In this document: in pieces, positions 11,352-22,817 of the stretch
How positions within the stretch are numbered: the stretch's first letter is position 1
Layout of the letters: each line of letters starts with the position of its first letter
DNA from: Hyphochytrium catenoides
Taxonomy: Eukaryota > Protista > Hyphochytriomycota
NCBI GenBank assembly: GCA_900088475.1
Contig: FLMG01004424.1
Coordinates: forward strand, 1 to 40,697
Reading direction: 5' to 3'
DNA length: 40,697 nucleotides
Translations under genes and position numbers: made by a program
The notes under the pieces: generated by a model
Database searches by the model: none
Told to the model about the DNA's origin: nothing
Seen by the model: only the letters and a program-made list of their open reading frames with translations

Positions 11352-11402
<51 letters not shown>
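11342..11402. repeat. (GA)n microsatellite
   Basis: Pure GA run 11359-11402 within a longer purine-rich tract. Confidence 0.95.
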
Positions 11403-11404
<2 letters not shown>

Positions 11405-12180
11405 CAACAAAGAGCAAGAAGATCTTGAGTTGCAATGGTAGCTTTCGTAGCAGGAGCTTTCACCTCTTTCGAGCCCGAGGCGGGAGTCATAGGAGGAGCT
11501 GGGAGAAGTGCCGATCGGAAGACGCGTTACCATGTCCCCGAAGGAGAGACAGCGGAGGATGCAGAGCAAAGGGGAGGAAGAGAGCTGTTGATGAGAAGAA
11601 GAGGATTGGGACGGAGCGCGGGACCACCTATTTCCTCGTTCCTCCTCCTCCTCCGCTTCGTCTGTCAGAGCTTCTAACAGTAACAAGTAAGGAGAGCATG
11701 CTTTTGGCGGTGCCTTGCTCGTAAAAGAAGGAGAGTGTGGCTAAATGGAGAAGGAAAGGGTCTTCTTAAGGGTCCCGTAGTCCCTCTTCTCCCACTCCTC
11801 GGCCGACGAGTCTCCTTCAGCTTCCTCTCTCGCTCTACGTCAGCAACCCTTCCCGTTGTCATTTGACCTGTCCAGCCCGTCTGCCACCCGGTTTAGCTCG
11901 GACGTGCTCCTAGGCTCTACACAGAGGCTAGAGGAGTTCCCACCGGAAGGAAGTCAGGAAGAAGGCAAAGAGGCCAAGAGACTGGAGCCCTAACACTTGA
12001 GCTACAACGTAAGACAGTCGGCCACCACTTGCAAACAGTTACCATGAAGGTGGCAGCTTGTAGAAGAAGAGAGAAAGAGACGAGCAATGTCCCAGGAAGT
12101 CCAGTGCTGTCAACTACGAAGTGAGAACCTCCTGGGGAGAATAGTAGAATCTAGCTCTTTCTCCTCCGGTGGAGTCAACC

Positions 12181-14577
12181 ATGGTCTCCGTGGACGTGAA
12201 CGCTTCGTCGTCACCTTCACAGGGCTCATATTTCCCAACAGCCTCTCTCTCTCTCTTTTCCCCGCAAGCAACTAGCCAGGAGAGAGAACAGCGAAGTGCA
12301 TCGAGGACGTCGGCAGCTACTGCTTCTTCTCCCAAAAGCACCCATCTGCAACTAGCAGCTGTTGATGTGAGAGAGATCGTGGAGAAGAAAAGAGAAAAGA
12401 AATTATGGGCTAACACGGAACCCAATAGCATTAATAAGCAAGAAGGGACGAAGCAGTCAAAGACTAAGGCCTTAGTGGCCACTTGCGCCTGGCAGGAGCT
12501 GTCCGAGGAAGAGAGTCGGACGACGGTGCTAGTCTGGCTCTTCGGCCAGCGCTTCACTGACAAATTCTTCCGATGGACACGCCTCTTTCCTTTCCTGAGC
12601 CCTCTCTCGTTGGCCGGCTTTTTCTTCACCGCATACTTTCTGCTTCTTTCTTCTGCCCCAGAGGAGACCAAGATAATGGTCTACTGGGCGGTAGCGTTCC
12701 CATGTCTTCTCTCTATTGCTCTGCATAACTTCGCGGTCATGAACCTGCTCATGGTCCGTCAACTGTTACGGATGTTCGACACGTGGTGGTTCCTTATAGA
12801 GACAGCTCTTCTATCCCTTACTCTGCCTTTCCTCCTCTGTCTCAAGGCGACAGGGATCCTTTATAGCATCAATCTCTTCTTCGGAGTTATTCTAGGCTTC
12901 CTCTCTTACGACAGTCTTTCCCTAAATGTGAGGACAAGCGTGAGAAGGTCGTTATTCCTGTCTTCTGTCTTCTTCTTCTCTCAATTTGCCATCATCTACT
13001 TCCGTCTACCTAGTGAACTCTGCTTCTATCGCTTGGAGCTAGCAGGAGGCGCGGGAGGAGGACCTTGGTTCAAGCCCGAGTGCTCGGACGAAACACTTAA
13101 TGAAAGACCTGAATGGAGCTTGTCTCTCTTTCAGTTCAGCAGCACTCGGCTGTATACCATCAGCATCTTGGCTTTCAAGCTCACCTACTTTGCCCATCGG
13201 CACCCGCAGGATTGCGTGCTAATACGCTCACATGTTCGTTTAGTGGAGGCGGCAGTCGCGGCAAATTCTGCTGCGCAGCTGAATAGAGCGTCTCATGGGG
13301 CTATACTACGGCTGCTGCCTGAGACTAGTATCAAGACCATCACCAAGCCAAGACCCAAGACATTAGTGTGTCCATCAAGAGTACTCTCAGATACTAGCAC
13401 CTCTAACAAGGCGGTTGTTGTCGATACTACTGCCACCTCCATCGTCGCTGCTGCGGAGGATAATAGGTCCACGAAAGGAAGTGCAGTAGGAGAGAACGGA
13501 CAAAGGAAGAAGAAGAAGAAAGCTCTCGTGGCCGGCAATCCAATCCATCAGCTAACCGTAGATGATAGCAACACCACTTTGATGATGTCTCTCTTTGGAT
13601 CGTCGTTTAGTCAGCGCTGGTTTCAAAAGAAGAGAAGCCTCGTCTGGCAGAGCTCCCTGGCCGTTGTGGGCTACTTCTCTGTTATCTTCGCCATTCCCTT
13701 GGGGCTAGATGATTGGACGATGACCGTGCTTACGTTAGGTGTCATGGCCCCTAGCACTCTGTATCTGATGCTCTACTTCTCAGGGCTGATGAATGTTTAC
13801 ATTGTCCGCCGATGTCTCAAGATCTTTGACACCCGATGGATACTTTTAGAAGCTACGGTCTTTGTGTTTACTATGCCACTTGTCTTCTGCCAACGGGGTC
13901 ACTGGACATTCGGTGTAGGCGCCAATGGGCTCATAGGCATTTGCTTTGGCTATCTCTTCTATGATAGCTTCCCCATTGGGGTTAGAAGATCGATGCGCGT
14001 AGGCTTGGCAGGAACAGCTGTGGCATATGTTATCCTGTTAGTTCTTTTTTACTCCAGAACTCTTCCTGGTACTTGCTTCTACCGTGTCAGTTGGCATGGA
14101 AAGGATCACTTCTTACTAGACAAAGGACTTCCACGGCAGGCGGCTGGTCAGGGGGAAGAAGATGGGTCAGCAGCTATTGTCCACTGCATCTTCCTCTTAC
14201 GCAGACAATTCTTCTCAACTTCTTTCACGATGACCCTGTCCGTCTTTGAGCTATGTTGCAGTCGGTTCTCAACGCTCACCATAATGGTATCAAAGATTGT
14301 CGCCACGGCTCTAAAACACCCTGAGGACTGCGTCCTCCTAAAGTCGCGTCTACGATTAGTAGAGACGGCAATAATAGAGTCATCCACGCAACAGGCTGCA
14401 GAAGGGCCCCCACTAGAAGAAGATCCTGGCAATAGCAGTGCTAGTGACGTCGCAGACAAGGCAACGTGTAGATTCTCATTAGGAGAAGGAGACAAGAAAG
14501 GGACATCAGTCGCAGTTCACCCTGCTGTTAGTGCTTCAATGGCAGTTAGTGCTTTCGATTCTCTGTCGGGCTCCTGA
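12181..14577 (+). CDS. Uncharacterised polytopic membrane protein, two ~6-TM units (paralogue B)
   Basis: Intronless ~800-aa ORF; first ATG at 12181 with an in-frame stop shortly upstream. The internal duplication is visible: KALVA..., MN...FDT.W...E, YDS, CFYR, HP.DCVL..S..RLVE each occur twice. Confidence 0.85.
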   Translation: MVSVDVNASSSPSQGSYFPTASLSLFSPQATSQEREQRSASRTSAATASSPKSTHLQLAAVDVREIVEKKREKKLWANTEPNSINKQEGTKQSKTKALVATCAWQELSEEESRTTVLVWLFGQRFTDKFFRWTRLFPFLSPLSLAGFFFTAYFLLLSSAPEETKIMVYWAVAFPCLLSIALHNFAVMNLLMVRQLLRMFDTWWFLIETALLSLTLPFLLCLKATGILYSINLFFGVILGFLSYDSLSLNVRTSVRRSLFLSSVFFFSQFAIIYFRLPSELCFYRLELAGGAGGGPWFKPECSDETLNERPEWSLSLFQFSSTRLYTISILAFKLTYFAHRHPQDCVLIRSHVRLVEAAVAANSAAQLNRASHGAILRLLPETSIKTITKPRPKTLVCPSRVLSDTSTSNKAVVVDTTATSIVAAAEDNRSTKGSAVGENGQRKKKKKALVAGNPIHQLTVDDSNTTLMMSLFGSSFSQRWFQKKRSLVWQSSLAVVGYFSVIFAIPLGLDDWTMTVLTLGVMAPSTLYLMLYFSGLMNVYIVRRCLKIFDTRWILLEATVFVFTMPLVFCQRGHWTFGVGANGLIGICFGYLFYDSFPIGVRRSMRVGLAGTAVAYVILLVLFYSRTLPGTCFYRVSWHGKDHFLLDKGLPRQAAGQGEEDGSAAIVHCIFLLRRQFFSTSFTMTLSVFELCCSRFSTLTIMVSKIVATALKHPEDCVLLKSRLRLVETAIIESSTQQAAEGPPLEEDPGNSSASDVADKATCRFSLGEGDKKGTSVAVHPAVSASMAVSAFDSLSGS

Positions 14578-15098
14578 AGAACGCTGCTAGATGCGGTCAC
14601 TTGCGCCTGGTCGTGGATAATGACAAATGGATAGTCCCTTCCTGCAGTGCTCTCTCATGACGCCTTGGGGAGGGTCCCGGGGCCCTAGAGCCCACTTGGC
14701 CATCTAGCTGTGAATTGAGGGCACAGCGCATTGGACGAGGAGGCAGAATTGGTAAGATCAAGCACAAGAGGACAAGGAGGAAAAAGGGAGAACCCAGCCA
14801 GTTTACTATCGTTAAGGACGCAGTAGGACTGATCCCCCGCTAACTCAACGTACCGTGCTAGCTACTAAGCTAATAATAATAACGGACCAAAGTTAAGAGA
14901 GGCTAATTTTCTCTAGGGCTGCCTCAGCCACCGCCAAGCTCGACCTCCATTCCACGACCCGTCATATACGCCCAACATAGCCTAGATCCTCCCTTTGCTT
15001 TCCCGCTAGTTGGCAATAGACCCACTTAATAGTGAGAAGCTGCCGCCGTTGTCTGCTTCGCGAAAAATTGTGCGACGTGTGACCCAACTTTGGGTCAT

Positions 15099-18000
15099 TT
15101 AGTAGTCCACTTCGAGGCTTCCCTCGCCTCTTTCCTGCTGCTGATCATCTTCATCTTCCTGTGTCGAATCTTCGTCGTCGTCGTCATCGTTTTGATCCTC
15201 ATAATCTGAAAATGACAGCGATGACAATGAGGACTCTTCTTCTTCTTCGTCTTCCTCAACAGAGAACCATCGCTCCCTATGTCTTAGCCATTTCTGTCTC
15301 TCACCCATTCTGATAGCAGCCTGGACTTCCTGCCATTCGTTGACTGTTAAGCTGGCGTAGTAGTTCTCTTCCTCCGAAAAGCACCAGCGCTCAAAATGGA
15401 GATATCTGTTGTGCCGTAGCGCTTCTTTAAGGGAAATTGGGGAAGGCAGGAAGCTCATAATCCTCAGGAGAAGCTCCACAGAGAGATGTAGAGGGGCAGC
15501 CACCTCTTCTAGGGTTCTCATGATAAGGAAAGAAGAGATCTCGAACGGCTGGTTGGGGATCTCTCTCGTGGAGATAATTCGGTGCTGAGGGCATACTAGA
15601 AGGAACGAGAGAGATCTCAACACGACTGCTGATTCTTCCTGACAGTCATCAGGAAGGAAAGAGAGAGACAGCATCTTGTGCTGGACGTTATTGTTGAAGA
15701 CTACGAGGTTTCCTTCATGAACGGGCACAAGACCCACTTGTTGGCTCCCTACAAAACCGTCACCTTCGTAGTACGGGAACAATAAGTCCACACAAAGCTT
15801 CTCGTCTTCATCTTGCTCTTCTTCCTCCCCCTGCGGAGAGAGTTCCAAATGCTCTTCGACAGGTTCCACCTGCCTGAAGGCTAGCCCTCCAGTAGTGAGG
15901 GAAGGGTCAACACGATAGAAGCAAACCCCCACAGCAAGAATATCCTCATGGGGTGCGCCTTCTCTCTTCCACTCTTCCTCAGGTATTTCTTCCCCAGACG
16001 TAGCAGAATGTTCCGCCGCTCGAACGATTACCTGTAGCTCACGCTGGCGAAGAGAGAAGCCACAGCAGCGCTCGAACAAAGGGAGTAGAAGAGAAAAGGC
16101 TTGAGAAATGGCACCATACATTCCTCCATAGAGCTCCTTTGGAAGGGAAACGATGTCTGACCTAATCTCGGTTTCGCCCTTGTCTGACACCCAAAACATG
16201 GAAGGAAGTAGCTGATAGGGAGAGTGCGGCTTCTTCCATCTCAAGCTCTCCGACGCTCTCCAAAGCTCATGAGCCTCTGCAAAGTCCCTGGGATAGCTAA
16301 GACCATCTATGTAGGGATAACGGAACGGATCTACGACTGTGTAAGCGTTGGTATCCCTTCCACTAGTTTCCACGTGATTCGCCCTTTCCTGGTCAATGAA
16401 CAGCTCTCGCAGCCCAGGGCCATGAGAGGCGAGCACAGCGTCCATTTCTCTATTTAGCTTCCCTACTAGGGCCCGCGGAACTATGTTGTCTGCCCAGAGA
16501 ATTCTAGCACGGTTACTGACGATAAGCTTCTCCTCATATAAGTGCCGCGAGAAGTGCATTTGTCCCATGTCTTGACCTCTAAACTTCAGAATATGTGGTT
16601 GACACTGGCGTTGGCTCTCTTTGTTATCAATTTCCTGCCGGAGACCCAGAAGTTTACACTCCATTTCTTTGTCCTGTAGCTCGCCTACTTGATGACGGAT
16701 TAATACGTCCACTGGCCCTTCAATGGACACACCGGCATGCAAGGCTTGTGGATAGGCTAGCCGCACTCTGCGGGCTTGCTCACTACTCACACCTACGGCT
16801 GACCGATAGATAGAAACATATGAGCGCAAAGCCAATGCACAGACCCAAGAGAGAATGTCCAGCGGACCAAATGATAACCCAAAATAACGAGACCTCTTGA
16901 CTGTTAGTGGGCAACGCTCAACGATCCTCATTCCCCTGTGTTTGGCACTTTAAGTTCCATCTGATGCTTACCACTTCCATCAAGCACTTCCTTTGTAGGA
17001 TATATTATCTGTCCGTTCCTAGTAAAAAAAGGCGATCTTGACACCGGATCATAGCCAGCACCGATCACGTCGCCCACGGAAAAGGTAAGTGATTTTAAGC
17101 TCTCATTGCTGGCGCATTCATTGTTGGGGAAGATCCTCCCCCACAATGAGGCACGAATGCCGGCATCCCTGCGACCATGAAGAAAAATGAGTCTTCGCAA
17201 TGAACTAGCCGGGCTTCAGTCATTGCTACTTCTACAGAATGTCAGCTCTGTCTGTAACAAGAGTACCAGATAGGACTTGAAGAGGAACACTAGGAAAGGG
17301 GTGGAAAGGAGCGGGTATTTTGGTACGAAGAGACGGTCAACTCTCCACACGTATAACGTGCTGCCGAGCTCTTGCTGACCTTGAATAACCTATGCTGAAG
17401 CGATTGGCTGGTCGCCTATACCGGTAGGTGAAGATTCCTTCACAAGGAGCCGATGAACCAAAATGGATGTCCTCCGGGTGGTCTTTCTCAGCAAAACCAA
17501 GAGATACACTCCAGCGTCTCTCTTCCTGGTCACCTTCGCTTGTCTGAACCTTCAGAATCACGCACTCAAGGTAGTATAAACTTTCAGAGTTCTCCTCACA
17601 GCACAGGGGCTTTTCAGAAAGGAGGGACACAATCTTGGATGGATTCGGGCAGCTGCTACGTGTTGCAAGAATCTGCCCATTATTAAAGTCACGATAACGG
17701 AGAGAAGGCAGCCTTTGCGCTCCTTGAAAAGCGTCATTCTCGGTGATCTTGAGAGCGTTCTCTTCGCCTTCGCCACTGGGTAGTACATAGTAACGCACCC
17801 AATTGGAACGGTCGTAATAAGTCAGTGGCGAGGTTGGAAGCTCCTTTATCACCTTGAGTGCCTGGGTCTGGGCGGCCAAAAGAGTCTCACCATCCAAGCC
17901 TACAGGAGACTCTGAGGAGAGAAATAGTGTGGCAATTGGAGGTAAGGATGGAGGATCAATAGAGTTACGTAGAAGATGTTAATCGCCATTGTCATAAAAA

Positions 18001-20354
18001 TCTCTTCTATGAGCTAGCACCCCCATCCTTTACAAAGTCAAGCTATTCATTTTTAGTCCCCCTTGCCTGACACAGTGCAGCTGGCGGAAAGAATACTAAA
18101 GCTTACCTGAGGAACGGCTTGGGCGACCGCCACCCCTAATCCTCTTCGTCGCAAGAGCCTGCCCAGCACCCGCACAAGACCGTAATGCTCTTTGCGGTGT
18201 CAGGTCTGTTTCACCGCAGCGGAAAGTAGACACCAGAACATAGGCATGCATAGGAGAGATCCCGCTGATCCCCACAGCGTGTAGGTAGAGCATCGCCTGT
18301 GCTGCTTTGGAGGAGGTGACAGCCTGGTGCCAATCCTCTTCTTTCCTAACTCTTTTTAATAAGGCATCTATTCTCTCTCTCTCGCTCTTTGGAGGTGTAT
18401 ATCCTATCAACGGAATTTCATCCTCCAAAAAGGTCCATAAGTCCTCCTCATCCTCCTCGCTGTCGTCTATCTGCTCTTTGTTTCCTGCTGTCTCATCCTC
18501 TTCGCTTATTGTCCCCTCATCCATGCTTTCTTCCCCAGACTCTTGGCCAATGTGACCCGCAAGACCCAGGATCAACCCTAACTGCTGCCCACAGAACTTT
18601 AGTGCTGCCGCCTTGAGCCAGTGAAGAAGTTTCAACCGAGGCTTCGACGACGAATCATGTGTAATGTCAATGGAAGGATTGTATTCGTTGGATAGCGTTG
18701 CATATAAGGCGAGAAGTACGTTCGAAGACCCCACGGCCTTTAGGCTCCAAAGTAGCTCTAGCACAGCTTCCAGGACTTGCCGAGTCATCATAGGAAGCGT
18801 GTCGTGAAGAACCTCTCCGAGGAACTCAGGTGGGAACGAAGCACCATGCTGGCAGAGTTTGAAAACCAAAGTGAGTGCAGATCTCGCGTCTACCTCCCAG
18901 GCTGCTCCGTCGAGCCCGGCTATATCATAAAAGACAGCTCTCCGCTGTAGGAGCCCATGTCCAATGAAAGAGGAAAGGGACGACATGGCCTCAGGTTCCT
19001 TGGCCATCTGGGAGGTGAAAAGAGGGTGGTGAACTAAGCTAAGGCAGGCGCTGAGCACAAGCTGGTTAGATGTTGGATAAAACCCGTCAAACCAGTGGGA
19101 GTCCCATCGTTGCACGTACTCCAGCATTGGTTGCAGCTGTTGCACCAGATGGGCAACGAAATCCTTCCGCTCTAGAAGGTGACGCATTCTCCAAGCGTTC
19201 TTACCTACGGCAATATAGTGCAGAAAGCTCACAAGAGACCAACCCCTTTCTGGTTTACCTACTCCGTCTTCATCAATGTCCGTCACCGGTTCGGTTGTCT
19301 GGGTGCCAGCAGATCGGTAAAGTGCGTCCAAGAGAGGCTCTTCTAGCACCGGCGAGTATGGAACACTAGCTCGGGCGAGGATGCGCGTTAGATTTCGCTG
19401 TAAACAAAGGTTCCAGTCGTCAGAAGGCTCCTCGTCTATAAACAGGTCTAGATGCCTGCTAAAGAGGTCAGCAAGTAGTTGTCGCTCCTTTCTTCCTTCA
19501 AGGATGGGGTGCACAAGATTGTGAATGACGGGTAGCGATGAGCAAGTATCAGACACTTCCCCAGCGAGTGCGTTTGGTGAGGCGGACGGGAAAGACTGAA
19601 GCGAGTCGACAAGGAAACATCGATGAGAGACAAGCGAGAGTAGGCGCTCGTGGATAGTTGCCACTTCTGCTACTAGTCCCCAAAGAAATTGCAGCAGCTC
19701 ATGCTTGTCCTCCACTCCTACAGAAGGGAAGATCGGAGTCGAATGCGAACGGTCTTGCAGTCGCGGGGAGTATTCATCAGAGGGAGCAGTAAACGTTGCA
19801 AGATTGGCGGCTATGGCCCTCACTGCCGCGTGGGCTAGCTCTTGAGTCTTGGTCTGTACGACTCTCAACCTATCGGTCTGCTTGACTAGACTGGTTATTT
19901 GCTGTGACAGCGTCTTATCGGTCTTCGTTTCCGTAGTTGGTAATGATGGCGTAGAAAGCCTGGGTGGTAGCTCTGCGCAGGTAGAGGGCGTCTCAGGCTG
20001 ATAGACATGGTCCAACAGATACTTTCCGCTGGAAAGCACTCTAGGTCCAAGTCTGAAAGCAAGGAGAGTGCTACCGTATCTCATTGTCTCAAGTCGCTCG
20101 GCTTCAATTGTTCCTCTCACCAGCTTTGAAGGTCCACATTGTGGATGGAGTTTGAGCAGTAGATCTTTACACAGATCCACGAGCCGGGAGAAAAATATAG
20201 CGCCTCCAGCAGGCGAGAGAAGGGAGGACGTACCCAATGTCGTGAGATGAGGAAGGTAGAACTCTAGGGGCAGCGCGTTCTGATCGGGACTTGTCGTGGA
20301 GGGTCGCAGCATCTTATCTAGTGTGAGCTCCACGCAGGGACAGAGGGGTAACAT
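15099..20354 (-). CDS. Multi-exon protein: helical N-terminal region + SPRY-like domain + DUF4246-like (2OG-Fe(II) oxygenase-like) domain + acidic tail
   Basis: Four ORFs join in frame through GT-AG introns 17900-18106, 17169-17379 and 16799-16971. Exons 18107-20354, 17380-17899, 16972-17168 and 15099-16798 total 4665 nt (1554 aa). SPRY-like motifs: YYLECVIL, SVSLGF, SIGYSRDAG, FSVGDVIGAGYD...FFTRNG. DUF4246-like motifs: YQLLPS, LQVIVRAAE, EG..HEDILAVGVCFY, EGNLVVFNNNVQH, FLLVCP..RIIST..IP.QP. The gene probably extends 5' into the 20314-21642 ORF. Confidence 0.75.
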
Positions 20355-21642
20355 TTGACGTAGGCTCTCCCTCCTTGCTTGCCTCCTCTTCCTCTTCCTC
20401 GGAGATGTAATATAGGTCGTGATGCACCTCTAAGATCCATGAAAGTCCCTTCTCTCTGTTCTCGACACCAGTAATTAGATGGCCAAGGACTTCACGCATA
20501 ACCTTCCGCCATGCCTCAGAACCTTCATGTTCAAAGTAGCGACGGAGAAAGGGGCTAAAGGCGCTGATCAGTCTCCAGGCAGTAGCGTGGACGCCTAGGT
20601 CTCGTCTCACAAACCAATGTTGAGGGACGCTGGGCATAGAGTCATCCCAGTAAGTTTGGTGTGGACTTAGCTTCTTTAAACTCTGAAGGCGGAGCCACAC
20701 CTCAAACAGGCCCTCCTCTGATTGCCAGTCTTTATCAGGCTGGCGCCGTGAAGACGTAAATCTGAAGAATGGCGCTTTGGTTAAAGGAAGGTGACGCTCG
20801 TCTTCCCAAGGTTCAGTCTCTTCTCTCGAGCCCTTTGCCTCTTGGTGATAGGCCTTGCGTGCCCGCAACAAGTCCAAGCTCGTGACAATCAGGTTAGCAT
20901 TGGCCTCACTCTTGTCAGACTCGTCCTTCAGCTTCACTTCTTCCAGAAACTGGAACAAGGAGGCAAAGGCCAACCCAACATCTCGCAGAGTTCGCAAGTC
21001 CACCAGAGGATTGTCTGGATGACTTGTCTCCTCAGCATTAGAGGTGAAGTCAGCGAGGGAGAAAAGCTGCGCCATACTTTGAAGCAATGGCCTGGCGCCC
21101 AGGAAAGCAAATAGCAGCTTCACTTTCTGCTCTTCCTCGTCATGACTGCTTTCATCTGCAGCTCTCTTCCCTTTTCCCTTCTCTGGTCTATTGATAGTGG
21201 ACCCCCCCTGGCGCTCGTTTTCCTTCCCTGTCTCCATGGCGCATATCGATCTTCCCGTGTCTGAGGAGAAGAGTCTGGACTCAAAAGGTCGGATCAGTTG
21301 TAAGTAAGAGCAGATGTCCGCTAGAAGATCATTGACTTCAGCTTTGTATGACCCTCGCTCTCTCTCCTTATTCTCTACCAACAGGACAGCCCGGTTTGCC
21401 ACCTCTTGCGCTTTGGCTGTGTATTCATCTAGGCGGTCAAAAGCTCGGGTCCAGGATTCGCCGCTCGGTGCCCATCTCTTACTTGGCCACACATTCAGGC
21501 CGCTCGCAGTGACGCCGTGCCAAGAGCTGGTCTCTGTCGAGAGATCAGATGCTATTGTCGTCCGTGTCACGAGCTCAACCTTCATCATCCCTTCCATCCC
21601 ATCTTCTTCTTCTCCCTCTGACCTGTGAATGTTGACGTCCAT
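20314..21642 (-). CDS. Hypothetical 442-aa ORF, probably the first exon of the SPRY/DUF4246 gene
   Basis: Long ORF with ATG at 21642 on the same strand. It overlaps the next ORF by 41 nt in a different frame. Candidate splice sites that would join the two exist (see findings). No recognisable domain. Confidence 0.6.
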   Translation of the reverse strand: MDVNIHRSEGEEEDGMEGMMKVELVTRTTIASDLSTETSSWHGVTASGLNVWPSKRWAPSGESWTRAFDRLDEYTAKAQEVANRAVLLVENKERERGSYKAEVNDLLADICSYLQLIRPFESRLFSSDTGRSICAMETGKENERQGGSTINRPEKGKGKRAADESSHDEEEQKVKLLFAFLGARPLLQSMAQLFSLADFTSNAEETSHPDNPLVDLRTLRDVGLAFASLFQFLEEVKLKDESDKSEANANLIVTSLDLLRARKAYHQEAKGSREETEPWEDERHLPLTKAPFFRFTSSRRQPDKDWQSEEGLFEVWLRLQSLKKLSPHQTYWDDSMPSVPQHWFVRRDLGVHATAWRLISAFSPFLRRYFEHEGSEAWRKVMREVLGHLITGVENREKGLSWILEVHHDLYYISEEEEEEASKEGEPTSNVTPLSLRGAHTR

Positions 21643-21814
21643 CTTCTACTGACGCTGCGTGGCAGCCCGTAGCGGCCGATCGGGAGGATGATGGCGGGAG
21701 ACGGAGCTGTCGGGCCTGCTACAGGTCAAGTAACGTGGCCATCTGGTGAAGTGGGCGTGGAGATCCTGAAGGGATACCGCGATGAGCTATCCTCAGAGAG
21801 GAGGGCTGATAATT

Positions 21815-21942
21815 GAGAGAGCGAGAGAGAGAGAGAGAGCGAAGAGAGAGCGAGAGAGCGAGAGAGCGAGAGAGAGAGAGACCGAGCGAAGAGAGAGAGA
21901 GAGAGCGTGCGCGCGCGCGCGAGAGAGAGAGAGACAGAGAGA
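21815..21942. repeat. Compound GA/GC microsatellite between divergent genes
   Basis: Interrupted (GA)n with an embedded GCGTGCGCGCGCGCGCG run at 21905-21921. Confidence 0.9.
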
Positions 21943-22817
21943 AAAAGACAAGGAGAAGCAGAGGATGGAAGCGTTGATGCGCGGGAAGCAGCTTTAAGAT
22001 CATCAGAACCCTCACGAATCCATGGCCGTTAGCGCCCACTCAGCACCCACACCAATTGCAGTCCTCCTCCAGGACGCTCTGCAGACCTCCTCCAGGGGCT
22101 AATAGTAGGCATGAAGAAACGGGTGGAAAGGTGTGGCGTGGGTGTGAGCGTGTAACGACCGAACGAGGAAAAATAGAGGAATGGCCTGTCTCTTAGTTCT
22201 GCTGCATGCGGCCTGCCCCTAACATTCATTCTTCCCCTGCGTCGCACTCTGCTCTGCCCCTCATCATCAGCAGCAGTGAGCAGTAGCCGTAGAACAGAGA
22301 GAAAGAAGAAGTTGGAGCAACAACCTCTTCTGGAGAAGTCGAAGAAGAGAAGAGCTGCTCCGATCGTCGTTTGTTTGGTCCATCCTCTTGACTTTCCTCG
22401 CCTTGGACTTGCATGTGTTGGTTCGACGTTTGAAGGCCTCTTCTCTCTCAATCTCTTACCCAGCACCCGCTCATCAGCAGTAGCACGGACGGCTCTTACT
22501 ACTATTCTTCTAGCCCTCTGTGTTTATCTCTACATTTATCCTACTACTTTCTGGGACCCACTACTATCTGCGTGATGGTCTGGGTGGAAATCGTCATAGG
22601 AGACGTGCGATGTCGCCAATGACTCAGCACCAAAGCGCTGATGGAATCAAGGGAGCGAGAAGAACAATCTAGGAAGGCATCATCAGACAAGACCCAGTGT
22701 TTCTCTCCGGAAGTAAGATTTAACTGACGATGGATAACAGAAGAATGGGCTGATATATCGGCGGTTTCTCTATCTTGCTAGATTGTACAAAGAGATGATA
22801 CCGGGGCCAGACGTGAA

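Noticed and set aside
10434-12100. Numerous ORFs rich in Ser/Leu or Glu/Arg
   Set aside because: Largely translations of CT/GA low-complexity tracts.
22029-22575. 99-145 aa ORFs upstream of paralogue C
   Set aside because: No motifs, mostly non-ATG starts, and overlapping on both strands.
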